Of a stretch of 32,000 nt of DNA, positions 10,051 to 18,608 are shown piece after piece (the stretch's first letter is position 1; each line of letters starts with the position of its first letter). The position numbers and the translations under genes were made by a program. The stretch spans positions 1,200,001-1,232,000 of the forward strand of contig NZ_CP142525.1 in the NCBI RefSeq assembly GCF_051097895.1, written 5' to 3'. Source of the stretch: Psychrobacter sp. HD31. Lineage in GTDB: Bacteria > Pseudomonadota > Gammaproteobacteria > Pseudomonadales > Moraxellaceae. The notes beneath the pieces were generated by a model that did not search any database, was not told the origin of the DNA, and was given only the letters and a program-made list of their open reading frames with translations.

Positions 10051-11043
10051 ATGATACAAAATATCGTTTACCATATTTTGGATAAAGAACAAGGTGTAAT
10101 CAATAATGGAAAAATATATTTAAATCCACACAAACTACCCATTGATGATTCAACTAATGAACTTTTCTCACAACTTATGGAAAGGTATAAAGGACGGGCT
10201 GGAAAAGGCTACGGTACCTTTGAAGACGACATAGTTAACTTTCCTGCTTCAAGTATTTTAGATAATTATTATATTAATAAAAACTTCCTTGAAACAACTG
10301 AAAAGCTAATGACTGTGCTCTTAAGCCACAGCAATTCCCAAGTAGGGGCTTCAGGAGGTAAAGTTGTTTTTGTTACATATACTGAAAACAAAGAAAGTTA
10401 TTTTTTAGTAGCTATTTTGGGAGAGAAAGTTGGACTTTTAGCTAGAGACTGGAATCTCACACAAGATGAATTTTTAAATTTTGAAAACCTAAGATTTGCA
10501 GGAAGAGTAAACCTGACAGCGTGGAAACGTGATTCTACTGAACGTTATATCAGCTTTTTAAAAGGTAGTGGCGATGTATCAGATTATTTTAAGCGATTTC
10601 TTGGATGTAATGACGCTTTAATGAACAATCTCGAAACAAAAAAACTTGTTGAGCTAATCGATAGCTTTACACATACACAGAAAATTAGTTTCCAAGAAAA
10701 GGTCGATTTAAGGAATCAAGCAAAAGACTATTTATCTAACCTTGCAGATAACTCAATACAATTTAGTTTACAGACATTTGCAAATCATATTTGGTCAACC
10801 GAACCCCAACAACTTATTGACCATTTCGCAAGTTATGGAGAGGACAACGATTTACTACTTTCTGATGGTTTTGTTCCAGATAAACGAAATTTAAGACGAT
10901 TAACGACATATGAACAAAAAACAAAGAATTGGAAACTTTCATTTGGTTCTGAAGCCATTACATCAGGAGAAATAGATTCTGTTGATGGTCAAATCATTAT
11001 TAAAAATCCAAATGATGAATTAATTTCTGCTTTTAGTAGTTAA
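10051..11043 (+). CDS. Divergent NdpA/YejK-family nucleoid-associated (DNA-binding) protein homolog; first gene of the inserted cassette
   Basis: 330 aa with a GGAG RBS at 10041-10044, six nt upstream of the ATG. The N-terminus IQNIVYHILDK, the block GGKVVFVTYTENKESYFLVAIL, and the central block RVNLTAWKRDSTERYISFLKGSGDVSDYFKRFLGCNDAL match the conserved segments of E. coli YejK as I recall them. The gene is very AT-rich relative to its neighbours. Confidence 0.75.
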   Translation: MIQNIVYHILDKEQGVINNGKIYLNPHKLPIDDSTNELFSQLMERYKGRAGKGYGTFEDDIVNFPASSILDNYYINKNFLETTEKLMTVLLSHSNSQVGASGGKVVFVTYTENKESYFLVAILGEKVGLLARDWNLTQDEFLNFENLRFAGRVNLTAWKRDSTERYISFLKGSGDVSDYFKRFLGCNDALMNNLETKKLVELIDSFTHTQKISFQEKVDLRNQAKDYLSNLADNSIQFSLQTFANHIWSTEPQQLIDHFASYGEDNDLLLSDGFVPDKRNLRRLTTYEQKTKNWKLSFGSEAITSGEIDSVDGQIIIKNPNDELISAFSS

Positions 11044-11056
11044 AACTGAGTAATTT

Positions 11057-12247
11057 ATGAGCATTTCATTTCAAGACCTCGTTACAACTTATCGCAAACT
11101 ATCATCGTGGAATGATGATAAAAGCATTGCCAATTATAAAGTTAATAACACCTCAGATTTGAAGCTAATCAACAATATTCTTAATAGCGATAACTTCGAA
11201 AACTCTCAAATTGAAGTTATTGAAGGAGAACCATCGCTTCAAAAAACAATTAAACTTCGAATCGGACAACCAAACCTTGCTTTAGGTATACTTTATAAAA
11301 CATTTGATGAGTTCTTAATAGGTGATTTCCAAAAAATACATAATTCTCATTATTCCGAAAAACCTTTTTTTATTCAAGATATCGATTATTTCTCTGTTGA
11401 AAATAAAAAAAATGAGGAAATTGAGTCCTATCAAACAATAAAAAAACTATTTTATTGCTTAGAAAAAATGTCATCTTATTCAGATAAACTAAATAAAAAA
11501 CTGATATTCTTTTCAAAGAATGTCATTAATTTAAACTACTCAATAAGCACAACCAATATAAGTGACTTTAAACTGTTATTGAAAAGTTTAACAAAACAGC
11601 AAAAAGAAACTATCGATAAGTTTTGCATTTGGTTTGAAGACCAAAATTCAGCAACTCATATTAGTGAAAAAAAGTCAATATTATCGCAAGTACTATTGAA
11701 CTTTAGAAATGATTCAACAGAAATAAATCTTACAGCAGTAGTCGAAGACATCGAATATATTTTTAAATCTATTAAAGGGCAATATGAACTATATATTGAA
11801 AACTTTAAATATGATAAATATGTTCAAAAGTTAGAAGAGAAAAGCGATAAATTTATAGAACATGTTAATACCAGTATTTCAAAAGTTATTACTCAAATAT
11901 TAGGACTTCCTATTGCTGTAGCTATATCAGCAGTATTAAAAGGGACTCAACAAAATAATAATTGGATTATTTATTGCTTAGTAATTATCTACGCATTAAT
12001 TTGTTTCTTTGCTTTAAATGCCCAAAAGGCAACACTGGACCACATTAAAAAATCCGTTAAAGAGTATTCAGACAAATTACCTCAATACTTTAATGAGTCA
12101 TGGAATAAGGAAGAAAAACACATCAATAACCTTATTCAAAAACAAATGCTTTTGTATTGGGTTATGTGCACTACAGTAGGTTTAGCAATATTATATGCTG
12201 GATGGAACATAATACATAATCTATTTTGCATCAACCCCTCTATATAA
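11057..12247 (+). CDS. Uncharacterised membrane-anchored protein with a soluble helical N-terminal region and three predicted C-terminal TM helices; second gene of the cassette
   Basis: 396 aa, starting 13 nt after gene 1. Hydrophobic segments lie at about aa 277-295 ([19 protein letters not shown]), 303-322 ([20 protein letters not shown]) and 364-389 ([26 protein letters not shown]). I recognise no catalytic motif. The protein is rich in N, K and I. Confidence 0.75.
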   Translation: MSISFQDLVTTYRKLSSWNDDKSIANYKVNNTSDLKLINNILNSDNFENSQIEVIEGEPSLQKTIKLRIGQPNLALGILYKTFDEFLIGDFQKIHNSHYSEKPFFIQDIDYFSVENKKNEEIESYQTIKKLFYCLEKMSSYSDKLNKKLIFFSKNVINLNYSISTTNISDFKLLLKSLTKQQKETIDKFCIWFEDQNSATHISEKKSILSQVLLNFRNDSTEINLTAVVEDIEYIFKSIKGQYELYIENFKYDKYVQKLEEKSDKFIEHVNTSISKVITQILGLPIAVAISAVLKGTQQNNNWIIYCLVIIYALICFFALNAQKATLDHIKKSVKEYSDKLPQYFNESWNKEEKHINNLIQKQMLLYWVMCTTVGLAILYAGWNIIHNLFCINPSI

Positions 12248-12285
12248 CTAAAAAATTAAAAACTATCATCAACAAAGGCAACACT

Positions 12286-13977
12286 ATGAACAAAAACAAT
12301 TACAACTACATCATCATTGGCGCAGGCTCAGCAGGTAGCACCCTCGCCTGCCGCCTAACCGAAGACCCAAACACCAGCGTACTACTACTTGAAGCTGGCA
12401 GACCAGACCACCGCCTAGACTTCCGCACGCAAATGCCAGCCGCCTTAGCCATGCCACTACAAGGCACCACCTACAACTGGGGCTACAAAACCGACCCAGA
12501 ACCACACATGAACAACCGTGTTATGGATTGTGGACGAGGCAAAGGCTTAGGCGGAAGCTCACTGATTAATGGTATGTGCTATATCCGTGGTAATGCGTTG
12601 GACTTTGACGACTGGGCAAAAATAGAGGGGCTAGAAGACTGGACATATCTTGATTGCCTACCCTACTTTAAAAAAGCCGAAAACCGAGATGCAGGCGAAA
12701 ACGACTACCACGGCGTGGGCGGTCCTATCGACATGACCACCTCAAAGCCCAATGTTAATCCATTGTTTGAGGCGATGATAGAAGCAGGCGTGCAAGCTGG
12801 CTACCCACGCACCGAAGACCTAAACGGCTATCAACAAGAGGGCTTTGGTCCTATGGACAGATTTGTTACGCCAAATGGTCGCCGTGCTTCTACCTCTCGT
12901 GGCTATCTGGATACTGCCAAAGAGCGAGATAATTTGACCATCTTAACGGGTGCGTTGACCGATGTCATCCTGTTTGAAGGCAAACGTGCCGTGGGTGTAA
13001 AAATCAGCCATGATGGTCAAGACAAAATCTTCCATGCTGACAATGAAGTCATCGTATCATCAGGGGCAATTGCCTCGCCTCAACTGTTACAACGCTCAGG
13101 CGTGGGTCCTAAACAGTGGCTTGATGAGTTAGATATCCCTGTGGTGTTAGACGCTCAAGGCGTAGGTAATAACTTGCAAGACCACCTAGAGCTATATATG
13201 CAGTACGAGTGCTTAAAACCTGTGTCCATTGCCGATGCCAATAAATGGTGGAACAAACCACCAATCGGTGCGGAGTGGTTATTTAATGGTACAGGGCTTG
13301 GGGCATCCAATCAGTTTGAAGGTGGTGGATTTATCCGAACGCATGATGAGTTCACCCATCCAAATATCCAGTATCACTTCCTACCATTGGCGGTGCGTTA
13401 TGACGGCACCAATGCAAGCGATGCACACAGTTTTCAAGCACATGTTGGCTCATTACGTTCCCCAAGCCGTGGACGAGTGAAGATTAAATCTCGTGATCCA
13501 AATGCACACCCAAGTATTTTGTTTAACTATATGTCGCATGAGCAAGATTGGCGAGAGTTCCGAGAAGCGATGCGAGTCACGCGTGAAATCATTCACCAGC
13601 CAGCCCTAGATCCATACCGTGGTAAGGCACTCAGCCCAACCGAGGACTTAGTAACCGATGCTCAGCTAGATGCCTATGTGCGTGAGCATGGCGAGACCGC
13701 CTACCACCCATCCTGTACTTGTGCCATGGGCGAGCATGAAGGGGCTGTGGTCAATGGCGAAGGTTTAGTACACGGTCTGGAAGGCTTGCGTGTGGTTGAT
13801 GCGTCTATCATGCCTAACATCATTAGTGGTAACTTAAATGCCACCACCATCATGCTTGCCGAAAAAATTGCTGATAAGATTAAAGGCGAAACATTGCCTA
13901 AATCAACCGCAGATTATTATGTGGCAAATGGGGCACCACTTAGAGGTGAGCCGATGCGTACCTATACGCCAAATTAA
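12286..13977 (+). CDS. betA: Choline dehydrogenase (GMC oxidoreductase)
   Basis: The FAD-binding N-terminus [33 protein letters not shown] is present. I place the start at ATG 12286 with AAAGG about 10 nt upstream. The ORF-track start at 12226 would overlap the cassette gene and adds a non-homologous extension. Confidence 0.95.
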   Translation: MNKNNYNYIIIGAGSAGSTLACRLTEDPNTSVLLLEAGRPDHRLDFRTQMPAALAMPLQGTTYNWGYKTDPEPHMNNRVMDCGRGKGLGGSSLINGMCYIRGNALDFDDWAKIEGLEDWTYLDCLPYFKKAENRDAGENDYHGVGGPIDMTTSKPNVNPLFEAMIEAGVQAGYPRTEDLNGYQQEGFGPMDRFVTPNGRRASTSRGYLDTAKERDNLTILTGALTDVILFEGKRAVGVKISHDGQDKIFHADNEVIVSSGAIASPQLLQRSGVGPKQWLDELDIPVVLDAQGVGNNLQDHLELYMQYECLKPVSIADANKWWNKPPIGAEWLFNGTGLGASNQFEGGGFIRTHDEFTHPNIQYHFLPLAVRYDGTNASDAHSFQAHVGSLRSPSRGRVKIKSRDPNAHPSILFNYMSHEQDWREFREAMRVTREIIHQPALDPYRGKALSPTEDLVTDAQLDAYVREHGETAYHPSCTCAMGEHEGAVVNGEGLVHGLEGLRVVDASIMPNIISGNLNATTIMLAEKIADKIKGETLPKSTADYYVANGAPLRGEPMRTYTPN

Positions 13978-14032
13978 TTTTTTAACTTTTAACAAAGTCT
14001 TGTCTTGTTTTTAACAGATGAGGCTTTCACTT

Positions 14033-14124
14033 TGCTATAGACAATATACCCAAGTATAACCACTTAAGTTATGCGTTATGTTCTTTATTTAAAGTAGGCT
14101 TATTTTCTATAGCAATGTCTATAC
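14033..14124. promoter_or_regulatory. Inverted-repeat elements upstream of betT; candidate operator sites
   Basis: tgctataga (14033-14041) is the exact reverse complement of tctatagca (14106-14114). The second site continues as the imperfect palindrome tatagcaatgtctata. Confidence 0.25.
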
Positions 14125-14175
14125 GCTAGGCATATCAATGCTTTGCGTGAATTTAATGATATAAAGGACATTGTA

Positions 14176-16185
14176 ATGAATCATATGACCTCGTCAGACT
14201 CTGGCGAACCCCTTAGTCTTAACAAAGTGGTGTTTATCGCCTCGGCGTTATTATCCATCTTGTTAATTATTTGGACAATTGCCTTCCCCACTTATAGTGA
14301 AACCATGCTTAGTAATGCCATGACCTGGGTTTCTAACAACTTTGGTTGGTACTATATGTTGGTAGTGGCAGCTTACAGTATTTTTGCTTTATTTGTGGGG
14401 TTTTCTAGCTATGGCGATATCAAGCTAGGGCAAGACCACGAGCAAGCCCAATTTCCATTTTTAGCATGGGCAGCCATGCTGTTTTCGGCGGGTATTGGTA
14501 TCGACTTGCTGTTTTTTGGGGCATCAGAACCCTTAATGCATTATTTAACCCCGCAACCAGGTATCGATGCTGCCAGTAGCGAAGCAATGCGACAAGCCAT
14601 ACCGCAAGCCTTTTTACATTGGGGGCTTCATGGCTGGGGGATTTATGCCCTTATTGGTATGGCGCTGGCTTATTTTGCTTATCGCAAAAATATGCCATTG
14701 GCGTTGCGTTCTGCCCTAACCCCAATTTTTGGTGAAAAACGAATCAATGGCTGGCTTGGGCATAGTGTGGATACCTTTGGTATTGTGTGTACACTTATGG
14801 GTATTGCCACCAGCTTGGGTATTGGCGTATTGCAAGCCAATGCAGGCTTAAACCATGTATTTGGTATCGAGTCTAGCAAAACCGTACAAGCCATTATTAT
14901 TGTCGCTGTAGTGGCTGCTGCTGCCATCTCTGCCATGACAGGGGTAGAAAAAGGCGTGCGCCGCTTATCTGAGTTTAATATGCTCACCGCTACCCTACTG
15001 TTAATTGCCATTTTGGTGATGGGCAATACGGTTCATTTATTAAATACTTTTACTCAAAATATTGGCGATTACTTCCAAACCGTGGTAACCAAAACCTTTG
15101 ATGTGTATGCCTACCAAGGAGACGCTGGTGCAGAGTGGAAGTCTTGGTGGACGGTATTCTTTTGGGCTTGGTGGGTTGCTTGGGCACCATTTGTTGGCTT
15201 GTTTATTGCACGTATTAGCCGTGGTCGTACCTTGCGTGAGTTTGTTTTTGGCGTAATGTTTATCCCGCTTGGCTTTATTTTTGCATGGTTCTCAATCTTT
15301 GGTAACTCAGCAATTGATTTGGTTGCAGGTGGTGCAACTGAGCTGGGCGAAACCGCTGTTAATAATGCCGCCATGGGTATGTTTGCTTTATTTGAGCACT
15401 ATCCATTTAGTGATGTGTTGTCATTAGCTGGTGTTATCATTGGCTTGGTGTTTTTTGTGACTTCGGCAGACTCTGGTGCATTGGTACTGGCAAACTTAAG
15501 CTCAAGAGGCTTAAATAACGAAACCGATGCCCCAATTTGGCTGCGTCTGTTTTGGGCAGCTGCCACAGGTATGATTACCTTAGGCTTATTGTTTGCTGGG
15601 GGCTTTAGCTCACTTCAATCTGTTTCGGTTATTTCTGGCTTGCCGTTTTCTATCATTTTAGTGCTTTATATGATTGCAATGTGGAAGTCACTTAAGGAAG
15701 AAGGCAGCAAACGTAAGGCAAATATTGTTGGTACAGTTGGTACTGCACAAGTGCTAAATGGCGGTAAAAACTGGAAGAGCCGTTTGCAACGTATTGTTAA
15801 CTTCCCTGATAAAAAGAAAGTCCGTAGCTTTATGGATAAAGTGGTACTAACCGCCATGCAAGAGGTTGAAGCAGAAATGAACGAGCGAGGCTTAACAACC
15901 AAGCTAACCGAGTATATGGAAGATGATGGCGAAGGGTTACACCTAAAAGTAGGCCATGGTGACGAAACCGACTTTAGCTATGGCGTTTATATTATTAAAG
16001 CTGACCGCCCTAACTTTAGTTTTAGTAATGCCAGCAAGCATACTGAGCATTATTACCGTGCTGAGGTATTTTTAACCGAAGGCTCGCAAGAGTATGACCT
16101 AGTCGGCTACTCAAAAGAGCAAGTACTGATGGATATTTTAAACCAGTACGAACGCCATTTACAGTACCTGCATTTAGAGCGTTAA
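14176..16185 (+). CDS. betT: BCCT-family choline/glycine betaine transporter
   Basis: A polytopic membrane protein with a BCCT signature region (WTVFFWAWWVAWAPFVGLFIARISRGRTLREF) and a long cytoplasmic C-terminal tail. I prefer ATG 14176, which has an AAAGGA RBS, over the TTG at 14143. Confidence 0.9.
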   Translation: MNHMTSSDSGEPLSLNKVVFIASALLSILLIIWTIAFPTYSETMLSNAMTWVSNNFGWYYMLVVAAYSIFALFVGFSSYGDIKLGQDHEQAQFPFLAWAAMLFSAGIGIDLLFFGASEPLMHYLTPQPGIDAASSEAMRQAIPQAFLHWGLHGWGIYALIGMALAYFAYRKNMPLALRSALTPIFGEKRINGWLGHSVDTFGIVCTLMGIATSLGIGVLQANAGLNHVFGIESSKTVQAIIIVAVVAAAAISAMTGVEKGVRRLSEFNMLTATLLLIAILVMGNTVHLLNTFTQNIGDYFQTVVTKTFDVYAYQGDAGAEWKSWWTVFFWAWWVAWAPFVGLFIARISRGRTLREFVFGVMFIPLGFIFAWFSIFGNSAIDLVAGGATELGETAVNNAAMGMFALFEHYPFSDVLSLAGVIIGLVFFVTSADSGALVLANLSSRGLNNETDAPIWLRLFWAAATGMITLGLLFAGGFSSLQSVSVISGLPFSIILVLYMIAMWKSLKEEGSKRKANIVGTVGTAQVLNGGKNWKSRLQRIVNFPDKKKVRSFMDKVVLTAMQEVEAEMNERGLTTKLTEYMEDDGEGLHLKVGHGDETDFSYGVYIIKADRPNFSFSNASKHTEHYYRAEVFLTEGSQEYDLVGYSKEQVLMDILNQYERHLQYLHLER

Positions 16186-16216
16186 TACGACAAATTAATC
16201 AAGATTATCTTAATTT

Positions 16217-16253
16217 AAAAAATCCCTCTTGTTCATCACAAGGGGGATTTTTA
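16217..16253. terminator. Bidirectional rho-independent terminator between convergent betT and the TauE-family gene
   Basis: aaaaaatccctcttgt-tcatc-acaagggggattttt. The stem has about 13-15 bp with one mismatch and is flanked by an A-run and a T-run. Confidence 0.75.
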
Positions 16254-16289
16254 TAAGCATGATTAATAACCGTCGTTTATATTACTAAT

Positions 16290-17051
16290 TTAAAACAGCC
16301 CTGTTAGCCCTTGCCACCCTACTTTTAACCCTAACACCGTTAAAATTAATAAAATAAGCTGGCGGAACCTATGCTGTGGTAAGTAACGACGCAACCTAAT
16401 GCCCAAAATAAGAAAAACAATGGAGGCTAACGTTAATCCACCTATCAGAGTCCACTCGTCTCCTGATAACGCCTTAATTGGCTCATACAACACAAATATT
16501 TGCGCAAACTTACCAAGTAAATAACACATATTACCCACTTTGGCGATGGTGTTTTTATCATCTGTCATCGATAACAAATACATCAACAAAATTGAAGACA
16601 TGGCATTGGTAGCCCCACCAACAATACCAGCGACTAAACCTGTTACTATCAATACGGGCTTTGTATCTGGCAGCTTTAGTTGCTTGCCAGTAAGGGATTT
16701 AACCACATAAAACCCCACCACAACTGCTAAAGCAAGTTGTAAGTAGGCAGAGTCAATTATCAACAGCAATTTTGCTCCAATAATGCTCCCTATTAGGCTC
16801 ATCAGCGCAAGTAGCCAATACTTACGTAAGTAATAACTAAAGTTGTGCCAAATTTTGCCATCACCAATCAGCCATGTCATGGCATTTAAGGCAAGTGCGG
16901 GGAATAACGACAAAATAATCGCATAAGAAAAATCATACAGGCTGGCAAGTGCGGTGGTGGTGACCAAAGTTACCCCCAACCCACTAATACCATGCAAGAT
17001 AGAGGCTACAGCAAAAATAACCATAAGTAGGAGGTTTTGGGTATCTGCCAC
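16290..17051 (-). CDS. TauE/SafE-family sulfite/anion exporter (membrane protein)
   Basis: 253 aa and highly hydrophobic, with about 7-8 TM segments and Gly-rich helices typical of the TauE family. The start codon appears to be GTG. Confidence 0.75.
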   Translation of the reverse strand: MADTQNLLLMVIFAVASILHGISGLGVTLVTTTALASLYDFSYAIILSLFPALALNAMTWLIGDGKIWHNFSYYLRKYWLLALMSLIGSIIGAKLLLIIDSAYLQLALAVVVGFYVVKSLTGKQLKLPDTKPVLIVTGLVAGIVGGATNAMSSILLMYLLSMTDDKNTIAKVGNMCYLLGKFAQIFVLYEPIKALSGDEWTLIGGLTLASIVFLILGIRLRRYLPQHRFRQLILLILTVLGLKVGWQGLTGLF

Positions 17052-17156
17052 TATTTTTCTCTCACATTAATGTAGGATGCTTTGCCAAACGCGCTATCTA
17101 AAAACCTTTGTAAACTTATAAGACGAGCGTTGAAAGCAGATTTAATCAAACAGTTA

Positions 17157-18503
17157 TCATCCAACCAAACTATCACCAATTAGGCTTACCAAACTTTCAG
17201 CAATGCTATCTTTACTTGCTTTATCGAGCGGCACTGCCTGCTTGTGATACTGATTAGCAAAATAAACAGTCATGGCATTGTCATCACTGGCAAATCCAAT
17301 ATCTTTGCGTGATACATCATTACAGGCAATCATATCAAGCTTTTTGCTTTCTAGCTTGCCCTTGGCGTATTTTTCTACATCTTGCGTTTCTGCAGCAAAA
17401 CCAACCATAAATATATCAGGGTGCTCATGCGAAATGGTTGCCAAAATATCTGGGTTTTTAACCAAATCAAGCATCATCGCATCTTGTGTTTTTTTAATTT
17501 TTTGTGGCACCACTTCACGAGTACGGTAGTCTGCCACCGCAGCTGTGGCAATAAAAATATCCGTTGCTAAATGTTCACTTGCCTGCCCGTCATCAATATC
17601 ATTGTGCTCGCTATGTTCATGGCTGTGTTCATGGTGCTCGTGGTGTTCATGATGCTCGTCATCTGATTCATGCGCCAAAAATGTTAGCAAGCTTGGGTGC
17701 TCACCATTGGCACACTGTTGTGCCACATTTAACATATCATTTGCCGACATCACATCAATACGATTAACATCAAAAGGGGTTGGTAGGGTTACTTTACCGC
17801 CCGCAATTAAGGTGACATTTGCGCCAGCATTGCGACAAGCTTTGGCAAGCGCAAACCCCATTTTACCTGTTGAATGGTTAGATAAGTATCGCACAGGGTC
17901 AATTGCTTCTACCGTTGCACCTGCCGTGATCGTCACATTTTTACCAGCCAACACTTGGGGCAACCGTTGTTTTGCAATAAACACTTTGGTTTGCGCCAGC
18001 AAGGTTTCTGGCTCTGGTAGTCTCCCTGCACCAACATCACCACAAGCTTGTTCGCCACTCTCTGGTGCGATGATCTGATAGCCTAAATCTGCCAGTACTT
18101 GCACATTTAATTGCACTGCTGGGTTTGCCCACATCTGTTGGTTCATTGCTGGTGCAAGCATAATTGGCGCACTGGTTGCCAAACAAACCGTTGCTAGTAA
18201 ATCATCTGCCATGCCAGCAGCAAGCCTTGCTAAAGTATTGGCTGAAGCTGGTGCAACAATTATTAAATCTGCCCATTTTGCCAGCTCGATATGCCCCATA
18301 CCTGCCTCGGCTGTTTCATCTAACAAACTGGTGTGTACCTCATTGCCTGTTAGTGCCTGCATGGTTAATGGTGTGATAAAAGATTTGGCCCCTTCTGTCA
18401 TAATCACTTTTACATCAAAGCCATCTTTTACCAGCAATCTTGCAAACATTGCCGACTTATAAGCAGCAATGCCACCGGTAACCGCCAAAATAATGTTTTT
18501 CAT
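17157..18503 (-). CDS. coaBC: Bifunctional phosphopantothenoylcysteine decarboxylase / phosphopantothenate-cysteine ligase
   Basis: 448 aa. The N-terminal flavoprotein domain (ILAVTGGIAAYKS, PAMNQQMW) and the C-terminal CoaB domain (SNHSTGKMG, AAVADYR) are both present. It carries a His/Glu-rich insertion (see findings). Confidence 0.95.
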   Translation of the reverse strand: MKNIILAVTGGIAAYKSAMFARLLVKDGFDVKVIMTEGAKSFITPLTMQALTGNEVHTSLLDETAEAGMGHIELAKWADLIIVAPASANTLARLAAGMADDLLATVCLATSAPIMLAPAMNQQMWANPAVQLNVQVLADLGYQIIAPESGEQACGDVGAGRLPEPETLLAQTKVFIAKQRLPQVLAGKNVTITAGATVEAIDPVRYLSNHSTGKMGFALAKACRNAGANVTLIAGGKVTLPTPFDVNRIDVMSANDMLNVAQQCANGEHPSLLTFLAHESDDEHHEHHEHHEHSHEHSEHNDIDDGQASEHLATDIFIATAAVADYRTREVVPQKIKKTQDAMMLDLVKNPDILATISHEHPDIFMVGFAAETQDVEKYAKGKLESKKLDMIACNDVSRKDIGFASDDNAMTVYFANQYHKQAVPLDKASKDSIAESLVSLIGDSLVG

Positions 18504-18608
18504 AAGTTGTACTCAAACATATCAAATAAGAAAAATTGCACTTATAGTAACAAGTTCGCTATGATTGTTCTAGGATTAATGTAAATAAGCATACAAGGAA
18601 GACGCTTT

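Noticed and set aside
12226-12285. The ORF-track start for betA at 12226 ([20 protein letters not shown]...) overlaps the end of cassette gene 2.
   Set aside because: The extension has no similarity to GMC oxidoreductases. The ATG at 12286 has an AAAGG RBS and begins exactly at the conserved FAD-binding N-terminus.
12314-12505. The ORF track lists many antisense or overlapping ORFs of 60-150 aa. Examples are 12314-12505, 2968-3354, 14679-15026, 17707-18078, 18542-18829, 21103-21552, 6596-6898 and 863-1093.
   Set aside because: All lie inside, on the opposite strand or in another frame of, strongly supported conserved genes. Their products are low-complexity or skewed in composition. They are shadow ORFs.
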